From the NCBI GenBank assembly GCA_002104945.1, contig MCFH01000063.1, forward strand, positions 1 through 64,000: DNA of 64,000 nucleotides, in the 5' to 3' direction. Of the stretch, positions 52,678 to 64,000 are shown one piece after another. The position numbers and the translations under genes were made by a program. How positions within the stretch are numbered: the first letter of the stretch is position 1; each line of letters starts with the position of its first letter. The notes beneath the pieces are model-generated. The model was given only the letters and a program-made list of their open reading frames with translations. It was not told where the DNA came from and searched no databases. The DNA is from Piromyces finnis finn (Eukaryota; Fungi; Neocallimastigomycota).

Positions 52678-53029
52678 TTATTTATCATTGAATCCTCCCA
52701 TGTTACTGTGTTTATTATTAGCATTCATTTTTGTATTGATTGGAGGATCATTGGTAAGAATTTTACCATTTTTCCATTTTACTCCACAAGCATTGCAAAG
52801 AGTGCTTTTGCCTTCAGGCCCTCTACGCCAAATAGGTGTTGATGTACATTTACAATATGCACAGAATTTTGTAGTTCCATTATTATTATTATTATTATTA
52901 GTTATTGTTGATGTAGTATTACTATTACTGCTATTATTGTTATTATCATTATTATTATCATTATTATTTTTAGCATTATTGATATTATTGTTATTATCAT
53001 TATTATTTTCATTATTATTTTTAGCATTA

Positions 53030-53063
<34 letters not shown>

Positions 53064-53080
53064 CATCATCATCATTATTA

Positions 53081-53163
<83 letters not shown>

Positions 53164-53165
53164 GC

Positions 53166-53202
<37 letters not shown>

Positions 53203-53275
53203 GTTATTATTATTATTATTATTATTATCATTATTATTACCATTATTATTACTATTATTATTACTATTACTATTA

Positions 53276-53309
<34 letters not shown>

Positions 53310-54939
53310 CATCATTATTATTATTATTATTATTATTATTAAAAGATGTATTATTTTGATTATTTAAGGAAGCATTGGTTGGAGGTGTAAGGGAATAAAA
53401 AGGTGAGGATGCATTTTGATAATGACTATTTAATGAACCCACTTGTCCAGAGGTCATTACAGTAGTTTCATTAGAAATTGTAGTTGATTCCATCAGTGAC
53501 GAATTCTTATTTTTATTGTGAAGATTTTTATTTAATGGGTATTTTGATGGGATTTTCATTATATTTTTTGAAGATTTTGCTACTTTTCCTAATATATGTT
53601 TACTATCCATATCAGTATTATCAGAATTCAGTTTTCTCTTTTGTATCTTTAAAATATTGTTATTTCCACCGCTATTCATATTACTATTACCAGAATAATC
53701 ATTCACTTTTTGAATTGAAGAAATTTCTATTATTTCCGGCATACTCATTTCAGCCTTTAGTTTTATATATTAAAATATAATAATAATAATAATAATGATA
53801 AAGTAATAAAACATATAAGTTTATGCTATTTAATAAACTTGAAAATAAAATAAACAATATTGTAGGTATTTAATTAATTATGTTAATTTAATATAAAGAG
53901 TATTCATTACTTCAAATATTTCTTCATTTTCAGAATTCACTTGAAATTCATCAAATTGAAAATTAAAAATCATAATATTTTTATTTGGTATATTTAACTA
54001 GTGTTTTTTTTTTTAATTTAAATATTTTTAAATAAAATATATTAATTATTTTATTGAAATTTATGTATATATATAGCGTATTATTAAATTACTTGATTAA
54101 TATTGCTGAAATCCTGATTTTGGGTATAGTTATCTAAATAATTATTTATTGTATCAAGTAACAGTTTCGAAGCACCACATATTAACAAGGTATTATTTTC
54201 TTGGTTATTTTCATTACTATTGCTATTACCATCACTACCATTATTAATATTATTGTTGCCATTATTTGATGTTTCCATGGATATAATTATCTTTGTTATT
54301 ATTTTATTAATTTTTGAGTAGAATAAAATTTTTTGTATTGAGAAAGTTATTAATTTATAATAAATAATATTGAATATAATTACAATAAAATTATATACTA
54401 TTTTTAGTTATTTAAATATGCATATACATACTTCATGTGGTTCTGTTATAGTTAATGATTGTGCAACTGACTTTTTTGGGAATATAAAATAGTATTTTTT
54501 ATTTTCAACAATTTCAAAAATTATTTCGTAATCATCAGCCGATTCATTTTTATTATTACTTTCTTTTTTTACACTATTACTTTGAGATATAGAACTTGAA
54601 GAAGAATTAGAATTTAATCCAAATAAATTTTTATTGAATTTATAAAAGTGGGTATTTGAGTATATATATGGACCAAAAATTATTTTAGCTTTTCCTAGAG
54701 AAGTAATATCTTTACTATTTTCAATATTCAATGGATAATTAAACTTTTTAAATAAATAATTATTAAATACTTGGCTACATTGCATTTGACTAGTAGTTTC
54801 TAAAATTATAAAAAATTGTACATAAATTTATTAATTTGAATTTTATTTTAACATTTTTTTTTCAAATAATAATAAAAAAACAGTTTATTATATTGTTAAT
54901 TTTTATATTCTTTCAAAAGATTATATGACATTTACCCAT
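52678..54939 (-). CDS. GATA zinc-finger transcription factor (C-x2-C-x18-C-x2-C) with long poly-Asn/Asp tract: complement(join(52678..53754,53911..53997,54093..54290,54432..54799,54936..54939))
   Basis: [31 protein letters not shown]. Exons are phase-compatible. The 4-nt first exon is speculative; an alternative start is at 54785. Confidence 0.8.
52920..53340 (-). repeat. Coding (AAT)/(GAT)n tract encoding ~140 Asn/Asp residues
   Basis: Direct reading. Confidence 0.95.
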
Positions 54940-55464
54940 TTTAATATTATATTTTTTATGTGTTAATTGTTTTAAATATATAAATATTTTTTTTTATTAA
55001 ATTCTTTAGCAAGAAAATTTCATATTTAGTAATAAATCACATGTTTTACCATTTTTTATTAATGGTTATTCACGTGCATATTAATAAATTTTAGTATATT
55101 TTATATTCTTTATTAATATAATTATTTTTAAAATATCATTTATTTTATAAAATATATAACAAATAAAGAGTAATTGATTATTCATTTATCAAACATGTAT
55201 TAATAGACTGACAAAGGAAAAAAAAAAAAATAATACAATAATAATAATAACAGAAACAATAATATAGATTTTTAATATAAAGAAAATATATTTTAATTTG
55301 TTAATAATTATTTAATAAGATACCATTTTGTATATTAAATAATTACAAGTTGTATAAAAAGAAAATTTCAAATTGTCAAGATTTAAATCAATATTTGGAA
55401 TTTAATGTTAATAAAATAGATATAAATTTAAAACAATATTGTAAATTAATAATATATTATTAAA

Positions 55465-55817
55465 ATGGACTTTTCAGATGATGAAGTGATGGACCCATTT
55501 GAAATAAGAAATCTATTTACTGATATGATATCTAAATTGACTTCTTCACAACAATCAGTAACAAATGCAGCAATGTTTGCAATGCAACATAAGAAATCTT
55601 ATGAATTGTGTTATGAAATCTTAATAAATGAAATAAAAAAACAGGTTGGTTTTTAAAATTTTGCATATAATTTTAATTAAAATCCTATTTTTTAAATTCG
55701 AAATTTAGAAATGTCAAATAATAATAATAATAATAATAAATTTGTTGAGAATATACATTAATGGGATCTAATTTTCTATCTTTCTATCTTTCTATTTTTC
55801 TTTCTTTCTTTCTTTCT

Positions 55818-55854
<37 letters not shown>

Positions 55855-58105
55855 AAGCCAATACCAGCAAGATTAAATATATTTCATGTTCTGGATTGTA
55901 TATGTAGAAATTGTTTAAAATTCAATTTTAGAGGATATATTGAACTACTTAAAGATGATTTAACTTCAATAATATTCGATATTGCACCTGAAAATAATCC
56001 CAAAGGTGATGCCAATGTTAAGAATGTCAGAAAGGTAGTATTAATTTTTAAAATACATCAACATTTTCAATGCATTTTCTTTTCAATACTATATAGATTT
56101 TTATAATAAATAAATAGAAATTAAAAAGTATTTAAAAAATAATATCATTTGTATTAGGCTTTAAGAGGTTGGAGAGATAAGCATTTTTTTGAAGATGAAA
56201 CGCAATTAATAATAATATACGACCAACTTTTGAAACGTGAACAACGCTATGATGAAAAACAGTTAATTATTTAATTTTTCATTTTCGAATTTAATTTATA
56301 ATAATGTAAAATTTAATTATTAAAATTTTGAAAAATTTATTTTTTCATGTAATTGTTACTTTAGTAAAGCTAAACAGAAGGTTAAGAACGAAGTTACTAA
56401 AAGAATAGAGGAAGATAGAGTAAAAGTAAATAATCAATAATTAGTTTTTAAAAGTATATCTTTAATTATGTTGAAGATTCAAATTTAAAATGTTCAATAA
56501 TTATATAATTTATTAATAAATAATTATATAACTTATTAATTATGAATAGCAAAAGAAGAGAAAAGAGAATGCATGGATATTAACTTCGGAGATGGATGAA
56601 TTTTCATATTATTGGGATAATTTACCACCATATTCATCGTTAGATTGTAATGACATAATTACCGAAAATAAAATTTTTTATCATAATAATTATCCAGATA
56701 TTACTAATGAACAAATATTACGAGTATTTGATAGAAAAGAAATTGAAGAAAAATTAATATCAAAACCTATTGTATATAATAAAAAAAGTAATGAAGAGGA
56801 AAAAGATTCCTATTATCAACAAGGAAGAAATTATGATTCTCATAATAGTCCTCGGAAACGCACAAGAACAGAAAAAGACAGAGAATCATATGATTATAAC
56901 GATGATCAATATAAAAATAAAAATAACAAAGATTATGAAAGTGATCATAAACATGACAGAGACAGTAAATATAATAAAAACGATAAAAATGATAAATATG
57001 AAAGAGATAGAGAAAATAAATATGATAAATATGATAGAAATGCTAAATATAATAGAGACAATCAATATAACAAGGCAATTAAGTCTGAAAGAGATAAATA
57101 CGATAGAGATAGAGATAGTAAGTATGATAAACAAGACGATTACAATCGAAATGATAAATACGATAAACGAGATAGATATAATGAGGATGAAGAAAAAAGA
57201 TCAGAAAAATATAATAAAATTGAAAAATATTCACCATCAACAAATATTTCAATCAAACCTAAAAGTAAAAATCGTATATTTGTTTGGGATTTAGATGAAA
57301 CTTTAATCTGTAAGTTAATATTTATTTACAAAAAAAAAAAAAAAGTTTAATAGTGTAGTTAAATTTTATGATTATAACTATGCATAATGTATTCTAATTC
57401 ATAATATAAACTTTATTAAGTATTCAAGTCATTATTAGATGGAAATTGTATGGAAATAAAATCTCAAGATAGAGATTTGGGTGTTGTTGCTGGAAAGAAA
57501 ATAATGAAATGGATAATAAGTATATCAGAAAATTATTTTCATTATAATGATATTGAAGAAGTCGATGATCCTTCAAATTTATCAATATATGATGACATAC
57601 CGTTGGATGTTGATTTACGGTATATATTTATTTATTGTATATAATAATATTTATAAATATTTATTTCTATTTATATATAAATAATACAATCATCTGATAT
57701 TTTAAATTATTATAATATATAAATAAACTTTCATTATCAAAAAGAACTTATGATTTCAAAGATAATATAAATAATGTACCTAGTAATTCAAGACTTTTAT
57801 CAAGACTATTATCTTATAGATATAAATCCATAAAGAGAAAATATGACTCCAGTTTATTCAGAGGTATTAATTATTTATATACCAAATACCAATTATTTAT
57901 TTTTTTATTCAAATCATTATATATTAAATTAATATTTATATTTTATTTTATAATATGTATTGTAATAAATTTTTTTTTTTTTTTTTTTTAGATAATATTA
58001 AAGATATTGATCTTATTGACAAGGTTTATGATGATATTGATAATTTAAGTCACCAATGGCTAAGTTTTATGCTTTCTTTATTAGATGGTGTAAAATTAAG
58101 GTAAT

Positions 58106-58137
<32 letters not shown>

Positions 58138-58797
58138 CATTTCTTTCTTTCTTTTATATATATTTACATATTATTTAATTTGATAAATATAATTCATATA
58201 TATTAATAGTTTTTTTTTTTAATATTATTTGAAAAAAAATTAAAACTTTAGTGGTTCTTATGGTAAAGCCGCAGATTGTGTATTAGTATCTGCTGGTCAT
58301 TTAATCCCAACATTAGCAAAATGTGTAATTTATAAATTAAATACTGTTTTTACAAGTGATAAAGTATGGAGTTCATCCAGAAATGGCAAAGATTGGTGTT
58401 TTAAACAAATAAAGAAAAAATATGGAGATAATTATGATTATATTGTTGTTGGAAATAGCAATGAGGTATGCTTATTTATATAATGTTTATTATAATATAT
58501 ATTAAGTTTAAATAATAATAAAATTAATGTTTATCATTTTATTTTATTTAAATATGAAATAATTATTATTAAATAATTCTTATTCATTATATAAATGTAA
58601 AATTAAATATAAAAGGAAAAAATTGCAAGTGAAAAGGTATTATTTATTTATTTATTTATTTATTAATTAATTAATTAAATTTATAAATTAATTTACTAAT
58701 TCATTATAATTTATAATGATAGAATAACTGGACTTTTTTCAAAATTATCGATAAAAGGTCATTAATAGAATTTAATCAATTATATATTCATTCATAA
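55465..58797 (+). CDS. CTK3-EYA: Ctk3 (CTDK-I gamma)-Eyes absent phosphatase fusion protein, 670 aa, 11 exons: join(55465..55644,55858..56034,56158..56261,56365..56419,56550..57309,57421..57619,57745..57863,57992..58100,58252..58465,58616..58636,58723..58797)
   Basis: All introns are GT-AG and phase-compatible; total 2013 nt. The N-terminus has Ctk3 motifs MDPFEIR, ANVKNVRK and KRIEEDR..RKENAW..EF...WD. The C-terminus has EYA motifs RIFVWDLDETLILFKSLLDG, YNDIEE, TYDF, RLLSYRY, WL, LIPTLAKCVIY, GKDWCF and YIVVG. Confidence 0.85.
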
Positions 58798-59071
58798 AAT
58801 AAGTAAATAATTAAAAAAAAAAAAAATATTAAAAGGAAAAATAGAAGAGATCAATTAAATATTATACAAAATTAAGACGATTGTATCAACTTATAAATAA
58901 ATATTATTTACAATTTTTTTTAATATTAAACCGTCATAACTATATTATAAACTAGACAATATTATATAAATGAAAAAAAAAAAAAAAATTATATAATATT
59001 AATATACCATTATAATAATATAAAAGTAAAAAAAAAAATAAAAAAAAATAAAATTAATTTATTAATTAAAA

Positions 59072-59122
<51 letters not shown>

Positions 59123-59540
59123 GGATATCTACATCTTTACCAGAGCTCTTTTCACTTTGTATTTATAAAAAAAAAAAAAAGCTTTTTTTTTTCTTTTTTT
59201 TTTTTTTTTATTTTAAAGTAAAATTAAATTTTATCCAATAATTTCAAAATCAACAAATTTGTTAGTGATTCTTTATTTTTTTAAACTTTAATTTTAAATG
59301 GATAGACTATAAAAAATAAGCTTTAAAAAAGTTTTTTTTTTTTTAAAAGTTAAAATATTAAATCAAAATTAATTTTTACTTTTATTTTGTTTTATATTCT
59401 AATGTAATTATAGTTTTTTAAATTAGTATTGAAAAAATATATATATGAAATTGCTGTTTTATGTAAATTTTTAAGTTTTTTTTTTTTTTTTTTTTTTTTA
59501 TTATTATATATCAAAAGAAAAAGATCAATACAAAAGTAAT

Positions 59541-62359
59541 ATGGTAAGAAGACTAAATAAAATATAATGCAAAATAATATTTTATTATAAACATATAAAA
59601 AAATAATACATACATACATGCATAATACAATAAGATTAATATATAATTTTGTGTGTTAAATTATGATTTAGTCGAATGAATGTGTAAAAGTTGTTGTAAG
59701 ATGTCGACCATTTTCAGAAAAAGAAAAAGAAGCTGGACATGCAAATATTATTAAGATAAATAAGGAATCAGCATCAGTTGAATTAAAAGATCCAAAATAT
59801 ATATTAAACAATGCCAATGCTAGTAATAACAATATTAATAATGAAGAAATTGAACAAACTAGTAAAACATTTACTTTTGATAATGTATTTGATCAAGATA
59901 CTACCCAATTAGAAGTATATAATTCTACTGCAAGACCTATTGTTGATTCAGTTTTGGAAGGATATAATGGAACTATTTTTGCCTATGGTCAAACAGGTAC
60001 AGGAAAAACATTTTCTATGGTAGGTGACCGAAGTAAAAAAGAATTACGTGGAATTATACCCAATGCTTTTGATCATATTTTTTCATATATTGGTCGTGGT
60101 GGACCAGATAAAAAGTATTTAGTTCGTGTAAGTTATTTAGAAATTTATAACGAAACTATTAAAGATTTATTAAAACCAAAATCAGGAAAACTTGAAATAA
60201 AAGAAAGTACAGAAATTGGTCTGTACGTTAAAGATTTATCAAATTTTGTTGTTAAGGATGTACAAGAAATGGATAGATTAATGACGGTGGGAAATAAAAA
60301 TAGAAGTACTGGAGAAACACAAATGAATGCTCATTCTTCACGTTCTCATTCTATTTTTACAATTACAATTGAAGCAAGTGAACTAGACAGTGATGGACAA
60401 GAACATATTCGTGCTGGTAAACTTCATTTAGTAGATTTAGCTGGTAGCGAACGTCAAACAAAGACTGGTGCCACTGGTGATCGATTAAAGGAAGCAACAA
60501 AGATTAATTTGTCATTATCTGCATTAGGTAATGTTATTTCAGCCTTAGTTGATAGAAAGTCATCCCATATTCCATATCGTGATTCAAAACTTACTAGACT
60601 TTTACAAGATTCTCTTGGTGGTAATGCTAAAACAGTTATGATTGCAACTCTCAGTCCTGCCAGTTATAACTATGATGAAAGTTTATCAACACTTCGTTAT
60701 GCTAATAGAACCAAAAATATTAAGAATAAACCTAAAGTTAATGAAGATCCAAAGGTAAAGAAAATATATACTTTATTAAATATTTTTTTTTATAATAAAT
60801 GTATTTTATATAAAAGATTTTATATAAAATCATAATAACAATCATTATAACTATAATGAAAATAATATATAAATAAAATAAACTTAACAGGATGCATTAT
60901 TACGTGAATTCCAAGAAGAAATTAAAAAACTTAAAGAACAACTTGAAAAGATGGAAAATGGAGATGAAGAAAATGTTATTGAAAACGTTGAAGAAATTGT
61001 TGAAGAAGAAGAGGAGGAGGAAGAAGAAGAGGAAGTAGAAGAAGAAGGTGATGAAAAGAATTCTTCAGCTCCTCGTAATACCACTAAGAAGTCTAAAAAG
61101 AGTTCAAAAAAAAAGAAAGAGGATAAAAAAAGTCAAAAGAAAGTTAACTTTCCAAATTCAAAATTATCTGAAAAGAAACTTAAAGAAATTCAAGAAAAAG
61201 GTAAATATATATATATATATATATATATACATAGAACAATAAAGAAATTATAACTATAAATTTATATAATACCAAATTTACAAAATATTTAAAATATTTC
61301 TATATATTTATCTCATATACTAATTAATCAATATTATCAATATGATTATATTTTAAAACATTTGTCTTTAATAATAACAATTTTACTTTAAATATATTCT
61401 AAAAATAAAATAAAATGGTAGTACAAGCTGAAAAAGATCGACTTCTTAATGATAAGAATATTATTGAATCTGAAAAGGTAAAATACCTATCAGAATTGGA
61501 AGTTCGTGCTAAGGAATTAGAAAAGGAACGTGAAGCTAGAGATGAAATAGAAAAGAAATTATCGCAGATGGAAGCAAAATTGTTAGTAGGAGGTGTTAAT
61601 ATTTTAGATAAAAATGAAGAACAACAAATTATATTAGCAAATCAAGCTAAAGAGTTAGAAGAAAGAAGAAGACAAGAAAGATTACTTCAGGAGTCCATTC
61701 AAAATCAAGAAGAAGCACAATTTCAAATTGAAGAGAATTATAATTCCTTACAAGAAGAAGTAACGGAAAAAACGAGAAAACTTAAAAAATTGTTTTCTCT
61801 TATGATGACAAAGAAAAATGAAATTAAAGAATTAAGAGAAGAATATCAACAGGAAAGAGAAGACTTAACCGACACCATTAGAGAATTAACTAGAGAATTA
61901 AAATTGAAATTTTTAATAGTAGAAAATTATCTTCCAGAAGAGCAATTACGTTGGATTGAAGAGTCAGCGAAATATGATGAAGCTACTGATAAATGGCGGA
62001 TTTTACATATTGCTCATGCTGGTAACAATATTCATGGTAAAAAAGGCTTACTAAGTAATGATCCATACAGTGAAATGATATCTATAAATAGTAAAAAAGG
62101 AAATAATAATAATTTATATAATAAAATGAATCCTGAATCAATCTGGGATCCATATTGTGTTTTCCCTGATCCATATTTAGTTTACGATCGTAAACTCTCA
62201 AAGAATATAAGTAAAAGTCGTAAAGCTCGTCCTTCTAGTGTTAAAAAGACATTAGGTTCAAGTTCACTTTCCTATAGAAAGAATTTTGAAGAAAATAATG
62301 AACAAATAGATGCACCAAAAGCAAGAGGATTAGTTGCTAAAACGAAACACTATGCATAA
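59541..62359 (+). CDS. KIF3: Kinesin-2 (KIF3A/KIF3B/FLA10-like) motor, 777 aa: join(59541..59543,59672..60754,60891..61200,61422..62359)
   Basis: VKVVVRCRP; P-loop GQTGTGKT; NAHSSRSH; DLAGSER; [20 protein letters not shown]. The kinesin-2 stalk [43 protein letters not shown] is present. Confidence 0.92.
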
Positions 62360-62799
62360 TTACTTTTTTCTCTGCTAATATAGATTTTTTAAATATATAT
62401 ATTTTTATAAGTTATATATATAGATAAGTAATCAACTATACAAAAGATGTTTATTTATTAAGTTTTTTTATTAAAAAAGAAAAAAGTTACAATAAAAATA
62501 TATTCATTTAAGAATATTAATGAATATATTCTTATTGTAAAAAAATATCTCTAAATTCATTATATATATTATAATGAATTTAATTTACTATTAATAATAT
62601 AAATTCTATTATACATTCTTTAATTTATTCTTGTTTATATAGAGATAAAAAAATTAAGCTAGATATTCAAAATCTAAAAACTAAAAAAAGAAAATTCTAA
62701 TAAGATATTTAAATACATTGATATTTTTTTTCTAAATAATAATAAAAATATAAAATTATTAAGTTTAAATATTTTTTATTATATATATTTATAAATACA

Positions 62800-62920
<121 letters not shown>

Positions 62921-63119
62921 TTATTAAGCTAATAAGTTATAGTATTTTAAAATAAATATAGCTATATTTTTGTTATTTAATGTTGTTATTTACAATTTTT
63001 TTTTTTTTGAAAGTCTTATTTTGTTTGTTTTGTTATATTTTTTTAAATTATTAAATTGTTATAAAATATAATGCAAGATAATATGATATAATAAAGCAAT
63101 TTCAATAATTATTTCTTAA

Positions 63120-63671
63120 TTAATTATCCATTGAGTGAATTGGACAAATACCATCGACCTTTCTATAATCATACCACCTATCAATGCATTCTTTATGAAA
63201 TATACAAAGACAATCTATTCTGGTGATTGTTTGTCCTAATTTATTAAATATTTGTTAAATAATATTGTTAATTTAACTTTTGTTCATTATATATATATTT
63301 AATATATAATGAAAGTTTACCCTTTTGGAACTCTTCAAAACAGATTTGACATTCACCGCTTAAATCGTGATCTAGCTTTTGTACTATAATTAGTTGTTAA
63401 AAATATAAAAAATATAATAAATATACATGTGTTATAGAATAAACTTTGAAAATAATTGTAATAAAAAGAAATAAATAAATAAAATGATGAACATAAAAAA
63501 TATCAATCTACAGTAACAAATATATATATATATCAATTTTTTTCTTTTAAAATTATTATTTCTATTACTACCACTACGACTATTATTATCATTATCATTA
63601 AAATTATATAATAAAAATTCCTTATTAAAATAGTTTTCATCTTTTTTTTTTTTTACTCTTCTTATCTTTTC

Positions 63672-63702
<31 letters not shown>

Positions 63703-64000
63703 AAATCATATACATTATTTATAAATAAATTATTATGTAAAAAAGAAATAATATATAATATTCTGTATTTTATAATTTTTCTTTTTCTCAGTCCTTTTAT
63801 TATTATTATTATTATTATTCCTTCATTGATAACATGATAACATATTATTAATTATATATTTGTATATGCATTATATTTTTATTAATAAATAATATATAAA
63901 AATGAATTAATATGCAAGGTTACTAACATTCAAATTTATTGCCTAATTTTACTTTATTTAATTCACCATCAACTTGATCCAAACAAGTTTTAAGATGATT
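63120..64000 (-). CDS. 3' exons of a RING-H2 E3 ligase (ZNRF1/2- or Pib1-like); gene runs off the window
   Basis: Exons 63321-63383 and 63120-63235 splice to GECQICFEEFQKGQTITRIDCLCIFHKECIDRWY..CPIH-stop. An upstream exon at 63953-64000 reads NHLKTCLD. Intervening exon(s) are unresolved. Confidence 0.8.

Noticed and set aside
52658-53359. Poly-Leu and poly-Ile ORFs
   Set aside because: Alternative-frame and antisense shadows of the (AAT)n tract in the GATA gene.

Overview
Very AT-rich, intron-rich eukaryotic DNA, almost certainly from an anaerobic gut fungus (Neocallimastigomycota). The evidence is fungal dockerin repeats, a kinesin-2 motor and long homopolymer/AAT tracts. Genes, left to right: a 2-exon ~1036-aa Ser/Pro-rich unknown, a 4x-dockerin CE1-type esterase, two tandem GH114 paralogues (one with a long Thr/Lys tail), an ankyrin protein, penta-ubiquitin, an intronless bacterial-type DUF416/YjaG-like gene, a SET-MYND methyltransferase, a highly spliced VPS15, a poly-Asn GATA factor, an 11-exon CTK3-EYA fusion, kinesin-2, and the 3' end of a ZNRF/Pib1-like RING-H2 ligase. 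Mobile DNA: a full-length single-ORF APE-RT LINE inserted, with a 13-bp TSD, into the FADD codons of an older truncated copy of its own family; a diverged LINE relic; and a probable tRNA-derived SINE family with two copies. The strongest novelty candidate is the 670-aa protein joining the RNA Pol II CTD-kinase subunit Ctk3 to an Eyes-absent (EYA) HAD phosphatase domain. The two parts are linked inside one uninterrupted exon. All exon models and alignments were made by eye and family assignments are from remembered sequences; no database searches were run.
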